The notes below the pieces were generated by a model that had not been told where the DNA came from, ran no database searches, and was given only the letters and a program-made list of their open reading frames with translations. This document shows positions 9,289-17,752 of a DNA stretch of 49,283 bases, in pieces (the stretch's first letter is position 1; every line of letters begins with the position of its first letter). The position numbers and the translations under genes are program-made. The stretch spans positions 4,546 through 53,828 of the forward strand of contig DJNI01000032.1 in assembly GCA_002436765.1 (NCBI GenBank), read 5' to 3'. This DNA is from Clostridiales bacterium UBA6468 (lineage in GTDB: Bacteria > Bacillota > Clostridia > Oscillospirales > Oscillospiraceae).

Positions 9289-9506
9289 GGAATAGCGGCA
9301 GCTCTAGCCGAGACTGTCCTTTCTGTTCGGCAATCAAGCGGGCGACAGCACAGAATGCTGCCGCCCGCTGCCATTATTCAGAAAATATTTCCCATGGACG
9401 GGAAGCACAGCTATCATTATCCTTTACGGGCGTCACCTCGTTCCTTTTTTGACCGGTCATACCCATAATACGGCGAATTTTTCAAAAACGCTTTTGCGCG
9501 GGAAAG

Positions 9507-9540
9507 AAAAAACGCTGTCATCTAACTTCGGATGACAGCG
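9507..9540 (-). terminator. Intrinsic terminator after spoVAC
   Basis: CGCTGTCATC/GATGACAGCG stem with a T-tract on the minus strand. Confidence 0.7.
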
Positions 9541-9546
9541 CTTCTT

Positions 9547-9984
9547 CTACAGAATCGTATACAGCCAGTAAATAAACCCGTACACCACGCTTGCGGCCAG
9601 ACCGTACACGATCACCGGCCCTGCAATGGTGAACATTTTCGCGCCCACACCCAGCACGAAGCCCTCGGTCTTGAACTCCACGGCCGGGGCGGCGATGGCG
9701 TTGGCAAATCCCGTGATCGGCACCAGGGTACCGGCTCCCGCATGCTTGGCGATGTCGTCGTACAGGCTCAGACCCGTCAAAAGCGCGGACAGCGCTACCA
9801 GCGTCATGGATGCGGCCGTTCCGGCATCCTGCTTTTCCAGCCCCCAGGCGCCGTAACAGTTCGTGAATATCTGCCCGACTACGCAAATCAGCCCGCCGAT
9901 CCAGAAAGCGTTCAGGCAATCGCGCCGCATGGGCGATTTAGGCGCCATCCGCGCGACCAGAGCGCCGTATTGTTTTTCCGTCAT
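9547..9984 (-). CDS. spoVAC: Stage V sporulation protein AC (SpoVAC)
   Basis: AFWIGGLICVVGQ, AGAGTLVPITGFAN, EFKTEG..GVGAKMFTIAGPVIVYG. Confidence 0.93.
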   Translation of the reverse strand: MTEKQYGALVARMAPKSPMRRDCLNAFWIGGLICVVGQIFTNCYGAWGLEKQDAGTAASMTLVALSALLTGLSLYDDIAKHAGAGTLVPITGFANAIAAPAVEFKTEGFVLGVGAKMFTIAGPVIVYGLAASVVYGFIYWLYTIL

Positions 9985-10024
9985 GTTGAATCCCTCCGGA
10001 GGTAGTTTTCCCCGGAGAATGGAA

Positions 10025-10741
10025 TCAATTCATCATTTCCGCTTCGTGCAGGTGCTTTGCCAGCTTGCAGGTGACCTCGGCGCAGCGGTGGGCGGCGATT
10101 TTTTCAAATGTGGGATAGTCCATTTCCGCGCTGTCGTCCGCTTTGTCGGAGATGGCGCGGAGGATGACGAAGGGGACGCCGTTGCGGTAGGCCGTCTGGG
10201 CGATGGCCGCGCCTTCCATTTCCGTACATAGCCCCTGGGTGTTTGCCACGATTTTTTCCTTCACCGCCGGGTCGGCCACGAACTGGTCGCCGCTGGCGAC
10301 CCTGCCCACCCGGGTGTGGCCCGGATTCACCGCCTCCGCCGCCGCGAAGGCATAGCCGAGCATCGTGTCGTCAGCGGGGAACGCAACGACGTCCATCCCC
10401 GGAACCCTGCCGAAGGGATAGCCAAAATGGGTGCAGTCAAAATCGTGATACATTGCATCCCGGCTCACCACCAGATCGCCGATATCCAGCTCCGCGCAGA
10501 GAGAACCGGCAATGCCGGTGTTCACCAAATGGGTCACGCCGAAGCAGTCACATAGAATCTGCACGCACAGCGCCGCGTTGACCTTGCCCACGCCGCACTG
10601 TACCAGCACAACGGGAAGTCCCATCAGCACGCCCTCGTGGAAGGTGCTGCCCGCTTTCTTCGTGGAGGTCACCTGCTCCATTTCGGAAAGCAGTGTCTCG
10701 ACCTCCACATCCATTGCGCCGATAATTCCTAATTTCGTCAT
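10025..10741 (-). CDS. mtnN: 5'-methylthioadenosine/S-adenosylhomocysteine nucleosidase (Pfs)
   Basis: KLGIIGAM, CGVGKVNAA, SGDQF, EMEGAAIAQ, ILRAISDKA. Confidence 0.95.
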   Translation of the reverse strand: MTKLGIIGAMDVEVETLLSEMEQVTSTKKAGSTFHEGVLMGLPVVLVQCGVGKVNAALCVQILCDCFGVTHLVNTGIAGSLCAELDIGDLVVSRDAMYHDFDCTHFGYPFGRVPGMDVVAFPADDTMLGYAFAAAEAVNPGHTRVGRVASGDQFVADPAVKEKIVANTQGLCTEMEGAAIAQTAYRNGVPFVILRAISDKADDSAEMDYPTFEKIAAHRCAEVTCKLAKHLHEAEMMN

Positions 10742-10751
10742 TGTTTTCTCC

Positions 10752-11228
10752 TTATTCCGGGTAAACCAGCCGGCTATCGTCAATATTTTCCAGCAGAGCA
10801 GCGTATTTCCTGCCCCAATAATTTGCCATGGACAGGTTCATGTCCAGATAGTTGCCGCAGTCCTTCGGGCTTGCCCCCGGCACATCTCCGCAATAATCCC
10901 GGATGAATCGGAAGCAGTCCAGCACCAGCGGAACAACGTCTTTGGACGCATAATCCCCGGTCAGCAGAAGGTAAAAACCCGTCCGGCAGCCCATGGGGCC
11001 GAAGTAAAGCACCTTGTCCTTCCAGGTCGGTTCGTTTCGCAGATAGGTTGCCGCAAGATGCTCGATGGTATGCACCTCGGCGGTGTTCATCACCGGCTCG
11101 TCGTTGGGCTTCGTCAGGCGCAGGTCGAAGGTCGTCACCGTCTCCGTGCCAACCTTATCCTTCCGGGAGACATACAGCCCCGGCTGTAATTGAATGTGGT
11201 CAATGGTAAAGCTGGTTATTTTTTCCAT
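10752..11228 (-). CDS. luxS: S-ribosylhomocysteine lyase LuxS
   Basis: SFTIDH, HTIEH metal motif, GPMGCRTGFYL, DCGNY. Start set at MEKITSF behind GGAGG. Confidence 0.96.
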   Translation of the reverse strand: MEKITSFTIDHIQLQPGLYVSRKDKVGTETVTTFDLRLTKPNDEPVMNTAEVHTIEHLAATYLRNEPTWKDKVLYFGPMGCRTGFYLLLTGDYASKDVVPLVLDCFRFIRDYCGDVPGASPKDCGNYLDMNLSMANYWGRKYAALLENIDDSRLVYPE

Positions 11229-11479
11229 GTCGTTCCCTCCGTTTTCTACGGAAAAGGATACCACATTCCGCCCATATTTGCAAGCAAAACCGCCCGCAAC
11301 CAATGGTTGAGTTCATTTCAACCGTCGGTTGGGAAAAAATTCTTCCCATATTAACGAGCATTTTATAGCTTTTTCGCTCCATCTATGGCATGATATAGGC
11401 AGTTGCAACGACGGATACCATTCCGCAGGGCAAACCACCCTGCCATGTACTTCATTATGGAAAAGGAGATCAACAGAAT

Positions 11480-12505
11480 ATGGAAGAAACATTGGGAAAG
11501 CGGATCGTCTTCCATCGCAAGCGTCTGGGACTGACCCAGGACGCCCTTGCGGAGCTGATGGGCGTCACCGCCCAGGCCGTGAGCAAATGGGAAAACGACC
11601 AGTCCTGCCCGGACATCGGCGCACTGCCGAAGCTGGCGGAGATCTTCGGCATTTCCACCGACGAGCTGCTGGGCGTCGAACGGAAAGAGGTTCACCCCGC
11701 CGAAATTGTCCCGGCGGACGGGGAGGAAACCGGCGTACATAGCGACCCGGAAATGACATGGGAGCTGTCTCTGGACGGCGGGAAGAAGGGCGGTATCGGC
11801 CTTGCCGTCTGGATTTTGCTGGTGGGCGGCATTATGCTGGCGTCCTATCTTCTGAGCTTCCACACAAGGCTCTGGGACGTCGTCTGGCCGTCGGCGCTTC
11901 TGGTGTTCGGCATTTTCGGACTGTTCCCCCGGTTTTCCTTCTTCCGGCTTGGCTGTTCCCTGTTCGGACTGTATTTTCTCATGAGCAATCTGAACTTTGC
12001 CCCCTTCCGGCTGGGTCGGGAATTCCTTCTGCCGGTTCTTCTGCTGCTGTTCGGCGGCAGTCTTCTGGTAGACACCCTTCGCAAATCGAAAAACGCCACA
12101 CAGAAAAAAGGCAGCTTTTCCCTTAACCGCGTCAAAAAGTGCGACCCCAAAAAGGAGCACTGCACCTGCACCGGCAATTTCTTTGACTGTGCCACGTCCT
12201 TCGGTGAGAACCACTATACCATCCTCCTGCCTACCCTGGGCGGCGGCAGCGCGGATGTGAGCTTCGGCAGTCTGTCCGTCGATCTGCAAAAATGCGAGCA
12301 TCTTGGCGAAAACTGCACCGTCGATCTGAACTGCGCCTTCGGTGAGCTGGTGCTGATCGTCCCCGGCCGCTTCCGGGTGGAGCCGGCCAAGAGCGCCGCG
12401 TTTGCAAGCGTATCGGTTTCCGGCGCGCCGGATGACGGTGCATCCGAGGTCATTCACGTCAGCTGCGATGCCAGCTTCGGCGAAATTTCCATCCGCTACG
12501 TATAA
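11480..12505 (+). CDS. XRE HTH + TM segment + LiaF/DUF2154-like C-terminal domain
   Basis: LTQDALAELMGVTAQAVSKWE HTH, about 4 TM helices, repeated SFG/AFG beta-solenoid-like motifs. Confidence 0.8.
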   Translation: MEETLGKRIVFHRKRLGLTQDALAELMGVTAQAVSKWENDQSCPDIGALPKLAEIFGISTDELLGVERKEVHPAEIVPADGEETGVHSDPEMTWELSLDGGKKGGIGLAVWILLVGGIMLASYLLSFHTRLWDVVWPSALLVFGIFGLFPRFSFFRLGCSLFGLYFLMSNLNFAPFRLGREFLLPVLLLLFGGSLLVDTLRKSKNATQKKGSFSLNRVKKCDPKKEHCTCTGNFFDCATSFGENHYTILLPTLGGGSADVSFGSLSVDLQKCEHLGENCTVDLNCAFGELVLIVPGRFRVEPAKSAAFASVSVSGAPDDGASEVIHVSCDASFGEISIRYV

Positions 12506-12693
12506 TTTTATCGCTTTTTCCATGCGCGGACTTCCCCCGAAACTATGGGAAGTCTGCGCGCCTGCTTTATCACCCGAACCCCCGCTGTTTCGACCTGTTT
12601 CTCTTTTTTTACCTTTTCTTCCGATTTCCCTTGCTTTTTTTCTTTGTCGATGGTAGAATATCATTGACTATACCATAAAGGCAGGGATGAACT

Positions 12694-14697
12694 ATGGCTA
12701 AGGACGATTTCGACAAGGATTTCCGCTTCGACGATGACGACTTCGACCCCAAGGCATTTTTGGACGGCGAAGACGGCACAGATATAGATCTTTCCGAGTT
12801 TGACGACATACCCTCCGGCGATAAGCCGAAAAAAACAGATTCCGACGGGTATGACGACGACCTGGATCTCAGCGGGCTGGGTCTGGACGAGGACCCCGAC
12901 GAGACCGTTGACGATCTCGACCTGGACGATATCTTATCCCCCAAGGCCGTTCGCCGCAACGCGCAGGAGCATGACGATTTCGGCAGTGAAAAGCAAAGCA
13001 GCGACCCGGATTTCGATATGACGGACTTCCTGGACGACGAGGACGAGCAGGCCGAGGACGATTCCGATTTCCAGGACGAGCCGGAGGACGATTATCCGGA
13101 TGAGGAAGACGAAGACAAGCCCGCCCGCCCGCAGAAGGAAAAGCCCGAAAAGGCGCCAAAGCCCCGTCGGGAGCGCAAGCCCAAAGCCCCGAAGGAGCCA
13201 AAGGAAGCGAAGCCCAACATCTTCACCAAGCTGTATGACCTTTACTTCGCTCCCCTGACAAACAAGGAAGCGCTGGAAGCCCCCGTTGACCCCGCCAATC
13301 CCCGGCGGCGGCGGAGAAAGACCAAGGCGCAGATCTTCAAGGAGGTCTATTTGCCTCCGCTGATCGCTTGCGTGTGCCTGATCCTGATTCTCTCCTTCGT
13401 GATCGGCGCGATTTCCAATGCCATCGAGCAGAAGCGGGTCAATGACGCCATCAAGAAGAATCAGAGCGACGCCTCCGCCAGCAGCGCTCAGGCGGCGGAA
13501 GAGGAATATCAACGGATCATGAGCGAAGCCGCCGAGCTGGCCGCCAACTATGATTATGAGGGTGCCATAGAGAAGCTGGATTCCTTCCCGGATATCGCCA
13601 ACTACCCCGACATGAGCACAAAGCGCGCAGAGTATGTCAACGCGATGAATTCTCTGGTTGAGTACAAGGATTATTCACAGATCCCTAACCTCAGCTTCCA
13701 CGTGCTGATCGCCGACCCCGCCCGGGCTTTCAGCGATGAAGAGCTTGGCGGAAAGTACAATCAGAACTTTGTCACCATCGATGAGTTCTCCAAGATCCTG
13801 GAGCAGCTTTACGCCAACAACTACGTACTGGTGGACTTTGACGACTTCGTAAGCGTCGGGCAGACCGTTTCCGGCACCGATCAGTATGAGGCCACGTCCA
13901 TTTTCCTTCCCCAGGGAAAGAAGCCCCTTATGCTTACCGAGACCATGGTCAACTACTTTGAATACATGGTTGACAGCAACGCCGACGGCGTGGCCGATGC
14001 AGGCGGCGCAGGCTTTGCCAACAAGCTGGTTCTGGACGAAAACGGCGATATCAAGGCCGAGTACATCGACAGCAGCAACAATACTCTCACCGGCAATTAC
14101 GATTTTGTCCCCATTCTGGAGGACTTCATCAAGGAGCATCCCGACTTCTCCTACCGGGGCGCCCGGGCCATTCTGGCCGTGACCGGCAGCCAGGGTATTT
14201 TCGGCTACCGCTGCAACACCTCCTACGTCAGCACCAAGGGCAACGATTTTTATGAGCAGGAAAAGGCCGGCGCCATTGCCATCGTGGAAGCACTGAAGGC
14301 CAAGGGCTACCGTCTGGCCTGCTACACCTACGAGAACAAGGACTATCGCAACCTGAATTCCGCAGGCATCACCGCCGACCTGCAGAGCTGGACGCAGCAG
14401 ATTGCGCCTATCATCGGCAACATTGACACTTTTGTCTTTGCTCAGGCAAGCGACCTTTCCGACTACACCGGCGCCTCCTTCAACGTTATGTATCAGACCG
14501 GCTTCCGTTACTTCATTTCCAACGGCAAGGAGCCGAGCACCGAGGTGAACAACACCTACGTCCACCAGAAACGTCTGATGGTCACCGGCGAGACCATGGT
14601 CTGGTATAAGGAGCGGTTCACCGACAAGGGGCTGTTCGATCCCAACATGGTCGTGGACATGACCGCAAGAGGCGGTGACGTCCCCAAGGCAGGCTAA
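12694..14697 (+). CDS. Membrane-anchored polysaccharide-deacetylase-like protein with acidic disordered N-terminus (catalytic motifs degenerate)
   Basis: D/E-rich first ~140 aa, K/P-rich linker, single TM, then FHVLI..., GKKP..., HPDFSYRGARAILAVTG as in clostridial NodB-like deacetylases. Confidence 0.7.
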   Translation: MAKDDFDKDFRFDDDDFDPKAFLDGEDGTDIDLSEFDDIPSGDKPKKTDSDGYDDDLDLSGLGLDEDPDETVDDLDLDDILSPKAVRRNAQEHDDFGSEKQSSDPDFDMTDFLDDEDEQAEDDSDFQDEPEDDYPDEEDEDKPARPQKEKPEKAPKPRRERKPKAPKEPKEAKPNIFTKLYDLYFAPLTNKEALEAPVDPANPRRRRRKTKAQIFKEVYLPPLIACVCLILILSFVIGAISNAIEQKRVNDAIKKNQSDASASSAQAAEEEYQRIMSEAAELAANYDYEGAIEKLDSFPDIANYPDMSTKRAEYVNAMNSLVEYKDYSQIPNLSFHVLIADPARAFSDEELGGKYNQNFVTIDEFSKILEQLYANNYVLVDFDDFVSVGQTVSGTDQYEATSIFLPQGKKPLMLTETMVNYFEYMVDSNADGVADAGGAGFANKLVLDENGDIKAEYIDSSNNTLTGNYDFVPILEDFIKEHPDFSYRGARAILAVTGSQGIFGYRCNTSYVSTKGNDFYEQEKAGAIAIVEALKAKGYRLACYTYENKDYRNLNSAGITADLQSWTQQIAPIIGNIDTFVFAQASDLSDYTGASFNVMYQTGFRYFISNGKEPSTEVNNTYVHQKRLMVTGETMVWYKERFTDKGLFDPNMVVDMTARGGDVPKAG

Positions 14698-14733
14698 TAC
14701 GACATCGCGCGCCGGAGAAATCTCCGGCGTGCT

Positions 14734-14938
14734 CAGGCTGTCAAAAAAGGCCATTGGTCTTTTTTGACAAAGGGCTTGCAGTCTGCTGCGCGCACTCCTT
14801 GTCCGCCTGCGGCGGACAACTCGCACACTTGCAGCCTGTAAGGTATTTTCTGCCAGGTACACGCCCCGGCAGAAAATGATTTAACTTTATTTGCCGCCTG
14901 CGGGCGGCTTTCCTCTGCGAGGCTTTTTTGACACGCTG
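14734..14938. mobile_element. 205-bp MITE-like element with 16-bp imperfect TIRs and a 28-bp target duplication
   Basis: Ends CAGGCTGTCAAAAAAG ... CTTTTTTGACACGCTG (14/16 inverted match), flanked by CGCGCGCCGGAGAAATCTCCGGCG(T/C)GCT at 14706-14733 and 14939-14966. Confidence 0.8.
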
Positions 14939-14984
14939 CGCGCGCCGGAGAAATCTCCGGCGCGCTTCCTTAGGAGGGGGTATT

Positions 14985-15215
14985 ATGGATATCAAACCCG
15001 GCCTGTACCGGCATTTCAAGGGCAAACTCTATGAGGTCATCGGGACTGCGACCCATTCGGAGACCCGGGAGCCGATGGTGGTCTACCGCGCGCTGTACGG
15101 CGAGTACGGCCTGTGGGTGCGCCCCGCCGCCATGTGGAACGAGACTGTGGACCGGGACGGCTTCCATGGGCCGCGATTTCGGTATATCGGAGCGGAATCC
15201 CCGGAAAACGGGTGA
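14985..15215 (+). CDS. DUF1653 family protein
   Basis: PGLYRHFKGKLYEVIG..HSETREPMVVYRALYG..GLWVRP..MW; GGAGG RBS. Confidence 0.88.
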   Translation: MDIKPGLYRHFKGKLYEVIGTATHSETREPMVVYRALYGEYGLWVRPAAMWNETVDRDGFHGPRFRYIGAESPENG

Positions 15216-15263
15216 TTCGTACGGCCAGAGATTACTGCAAAGAAAAACGGAAAGGTGTATGCC

Positions 15264-16445
15264 ATGTTTCAGCTTCTGCTCGTCATCATTTATCTGTCCT
15301 TCATCAGTCTGGGACTGCCGGATTCCCTGCTCGGCTCGGCCTGGCCGACCATGTATCCCCAGCTCGGCGTGCCGGTCTCCTATGCCGGTATCATCTCCAT
15401 GATCATTGCGCTGGGCACCATCGTTTCCAGCCTGCAAAGCGACCGGCTGACCCGGCGGCTGGGTACGGGAAAGGTCACGGCCATCAGCGTGGCCATGACC
15501 GCCGCGGCGCTGTGGGGATTTTCCGTCAGCAGCACCTTCTGGCAGCTCTGCCTGTGGGCGGTTCCCTACGGACTGGGCGCGGGAAGCGTGGACGCTTCCC
15601 TGAATAATTACGTGGCGCTGCACTACAAAAGCAGGCACATGAGCTGGCTGCACTGCATGTGGGGTGTGGGCGCTGCCTCCGGCCCGTATATCATGGGCTA
15701 CGTCATGACCTGCGGCGGAACCTGGAACTTGGGCTACCGCACCGTCTCCGTGATTCAGATGGTGCTGACTGCCGTTCTGATTTTCAGCCTGCCTCTGTGG
15801 AAAAAGCGTCCCCAGGTCATGGACGCATCGGGGCATGAGACGGAAGCGAAAGCCCTTTCCCTGAAGGAAATTCTGAAAATTCCCGGTGTGAAGGAGGTTC
15901 TGGCCTGCTTCTTCTGCTACTGCGCCGTGGAGCAGACCGCCGGACTGTGGGCCAGCAGCTACCTGACGCTCCACAAGGGCGTCCTCCCGGAGACTGCCGC
16001 CGCCTTCGCCAGCATGTTCTTCATCGGTATCACCGTCGGCCGGGCGATCAGCGGCTTTGTCACCATGCGTTTGAACGACACCCAGATGATTCGTCTTGGT
16101 CAGGGGCTGATCGGCTGCGGCGTGGTCATCCTGTTCCTGCCCCTTGGGGCGGCCGCTTCTCTGGTGGGCTTTGTGGTCATCGGCCTTGGCTGCGCGCCGA
16201 TCTACCCCTGCATCATCCACTCCACCCCGGCGCATTTCGGCGCGGACAGGTCTCAGGCCATCATCGGCGTCCAGATGGCCTGCGCTTATGTGGGCACCTG
16301 CCTGATGCCGCCGCTGTTCGGCCTGCTTGCCCAGCACGTTTCCGTTTCGCTGCTGCCTGTGTATCTGCTGGCGCTTCTGGTGCTTATGGCCGTTATGCAC
16401 GAAAGCCTGATCCGCAAAATTGCCCGAAACGGGCAAGCCGCGTAA
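15264..16445 (+). CDS. MFS transporter
   Basis: YLSFISLGLPDSLLGSAWP N-terminus, about 12 hydrophobic segments. Confidence 0.9.
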   Translation: MFQLLLVIIYLSFISLGLPDSLLGSAWPTMYPQLGVPVSYAGIISMIIALGTIVSSLQSDRLTRRLGTGKVTAISVAMTAAALWGFSVSSTFWQLCLWAVPYGLGAGSVDASLNNYVALHYKSRHMSWLHCMWGVGAASGPYIMGYVMTCGGTWNLGYRTVSVIQMVLTAVLIFSLPLWKKRPQVMDASGHETEAKALSLKEILKIPGVKEVLACFFCYCAVEQTAGLWASSYLTLHKGVLPETAAAFASMFFIGITVGRAISGFVTMRLNDTQMIRLGQGLIGCGVVILFLPLGAAASLVGFVVIGLGCAPIYPCIIHSTPAHFGADRSQAIIGVQMACAYVGTCLMPPLFGLLAQHVSVSLLPVYLLALLVLMAVMHESLIRKIARNGQAA

Positions 16446-16553
16446 AAAGCACGCCGTAATTTTTGTTGAAGCTGCCGGTTGACCGATAGCAGCTGTCGGA
16501 TGTTATACTTCTGATGTGTGTGAGAAAACAGAAAATCAAGGGGGAATCCAGAC

Positions 16554-17672
16554 ATGCAATCCTGTTTTGACGAAGTGAAGAAAAATTTCGGTTTCGGCTG
16601 TATGCGCCTTCCCATGAAGGGCAAGGAAGTGGATTTTGAAGAAACCGGCAAAATGGTGGACATGTTTCTTGCAAGCGGCTTCAACTATTTTGACACCGCC
16701 CACGGCTATCTCGACGGCCAGAGCGAGATCGCGCTGAAAAAATGCCTGACCTCCCGCTATCCCCGGGATGCGTACATCCTGACCAACAAGCTGTCCAGCC
16801 ACTATATTGAGAAGAGCGAGGACATCCGTCCCTTCTTCCGGAAGCAGCTGGAGGCCTGCGGCGTGGACTATTTCGATTTCTATCTGATGCACGCCCAGAA
16901 TAAGGATTTGTTTGCCAGATACAAGCAAATGCACGCCTACGAAACGGTCATGGCGCTTCGGGACGAGGGAAAGATCCGTCATTTCAGCATTTCCTTCCAC
17001 GACAAAGCCGCGGTTCTTGACCAGATCCTCACCGAATATCCCCAGATCGAGGTCGTTCAGATCCAGTTCAACTATGTCGATTATGAGGACCCTTCCGTGG
17101 AATCCCGGAAGTGCTATGAGGTCTGCCGCAAGCACGGCAAGCCTGTCATCGTCATGGAGCCGGTGAAGGGCGGCTCTCTGGTAAATCTGCCGGAGGACGC
17201 GCAGAAGGTGCTGGATGGGCTTCACGGCGGCTCCAACGCCAGCTATGCCATTCGCTTCGCCGCCAGCTTCCCCGGCATCCGGATGGTTTTGTCCGGCATG
17301 GGCAGCACGGAAATGATGGCGGATAACTGCGGCTTCATGAAGGATTTCCGGCCGCTGAACGAGGAAGAGCGGCTGGCCATTGCCAAGGTCTGCGCGATTT
17401 TCCGGGGACAGGGTCTGATTCCCTGCACCGGCTGCCGCTACTGCACCGAGGTCTGCCCCCAGGGCATTCCCATCCCCGACCTGTTCGCCTGCATGAACGC
17501 CAAAAAGCAGTTCCATGACTGGAACAGCGACTATTACTACCACGACGTCCACGCCAAGAACGGCGCGAAGGCCTCCGACTGCCTCAAGTGCGGTCAGTGC
17601 GAGGACATCTGCCCCCAGCACCTGAACATCCGGGAGCTGCTGGAGGACGTGGCAAAGGTGTTTGAAAAATAA
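16554..17672 (+). CDS. Aldo/keto reductase with C-terminal 4Fe-4S domain
   Basis: FGFGCMRLP, NYFDTAHGY, VMEPVKGG, then CTGCRYC..CP and CLKCGQCEDICPQHL. Confidence 0.92.
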   Translation: MQSCFDEVKKNFGFGCMRLPMKGKEVDFEETGKMVDMFLASGFNYFDTAHGYLDGQSEIALKKCLTSRYPRDAYILTNKLSSHYIEKSEDIRPFFRKQLEACGVDYFDFYLMHAQNKDLFARYKQMHAYETVMALRDEGKIRHFSISFHDKAAVLDQILTEYPQIEVVQIQFNYVDYEDPSVESRKCYEVCRKHGKPVIVMEPVKGGSLVNLPEDAQKVLDGLHGGSNASYAIRFAASFPGIRMVLSGMGSTEMMADNCGFMKDFRPLNEEERLAIAKVCAIFRGQGLIPCTGCRYCTEVCPQGIPIPDLFACMNAKKQFHDWNSDYYYHDVHAKNGAKASDCLKCGQCEDICPQHLNIRELLEDVAKVFEK

Positions 17673-17752
17673 GGACGATTCGATTGCCTCGGAAAGTTGA
17701 CCCCTGTATACAGCAATCCCCCGGGCTTTTGTCCGGGGGATTTTCCATTCAT

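Noticed and set aside
9345..9470. Possible small minus-strand ORF with promoter/RBS-like signals downstream of the spoVAC terminator
   Set aside because: Only a short, featureless reading frame that runs into a hairpin; it cannot be told apart from a remnant or chance.
11424..11442. GCAGGGCAAACC resembles the start of a c-di-GMP-I riboswitch
   Set aside because: The GAAA tetraloop stem and the GACGCAAAG segment are missing; it is only a short hairpin.
14706..14966. Two 28-bp palindromic direct repeats as a minimal CRISPR array
   Set aside because: The 205-bp intervening sequence has its own TIRs, there are only two repeats, and no cas genes are present. A target-site duplication fits better.
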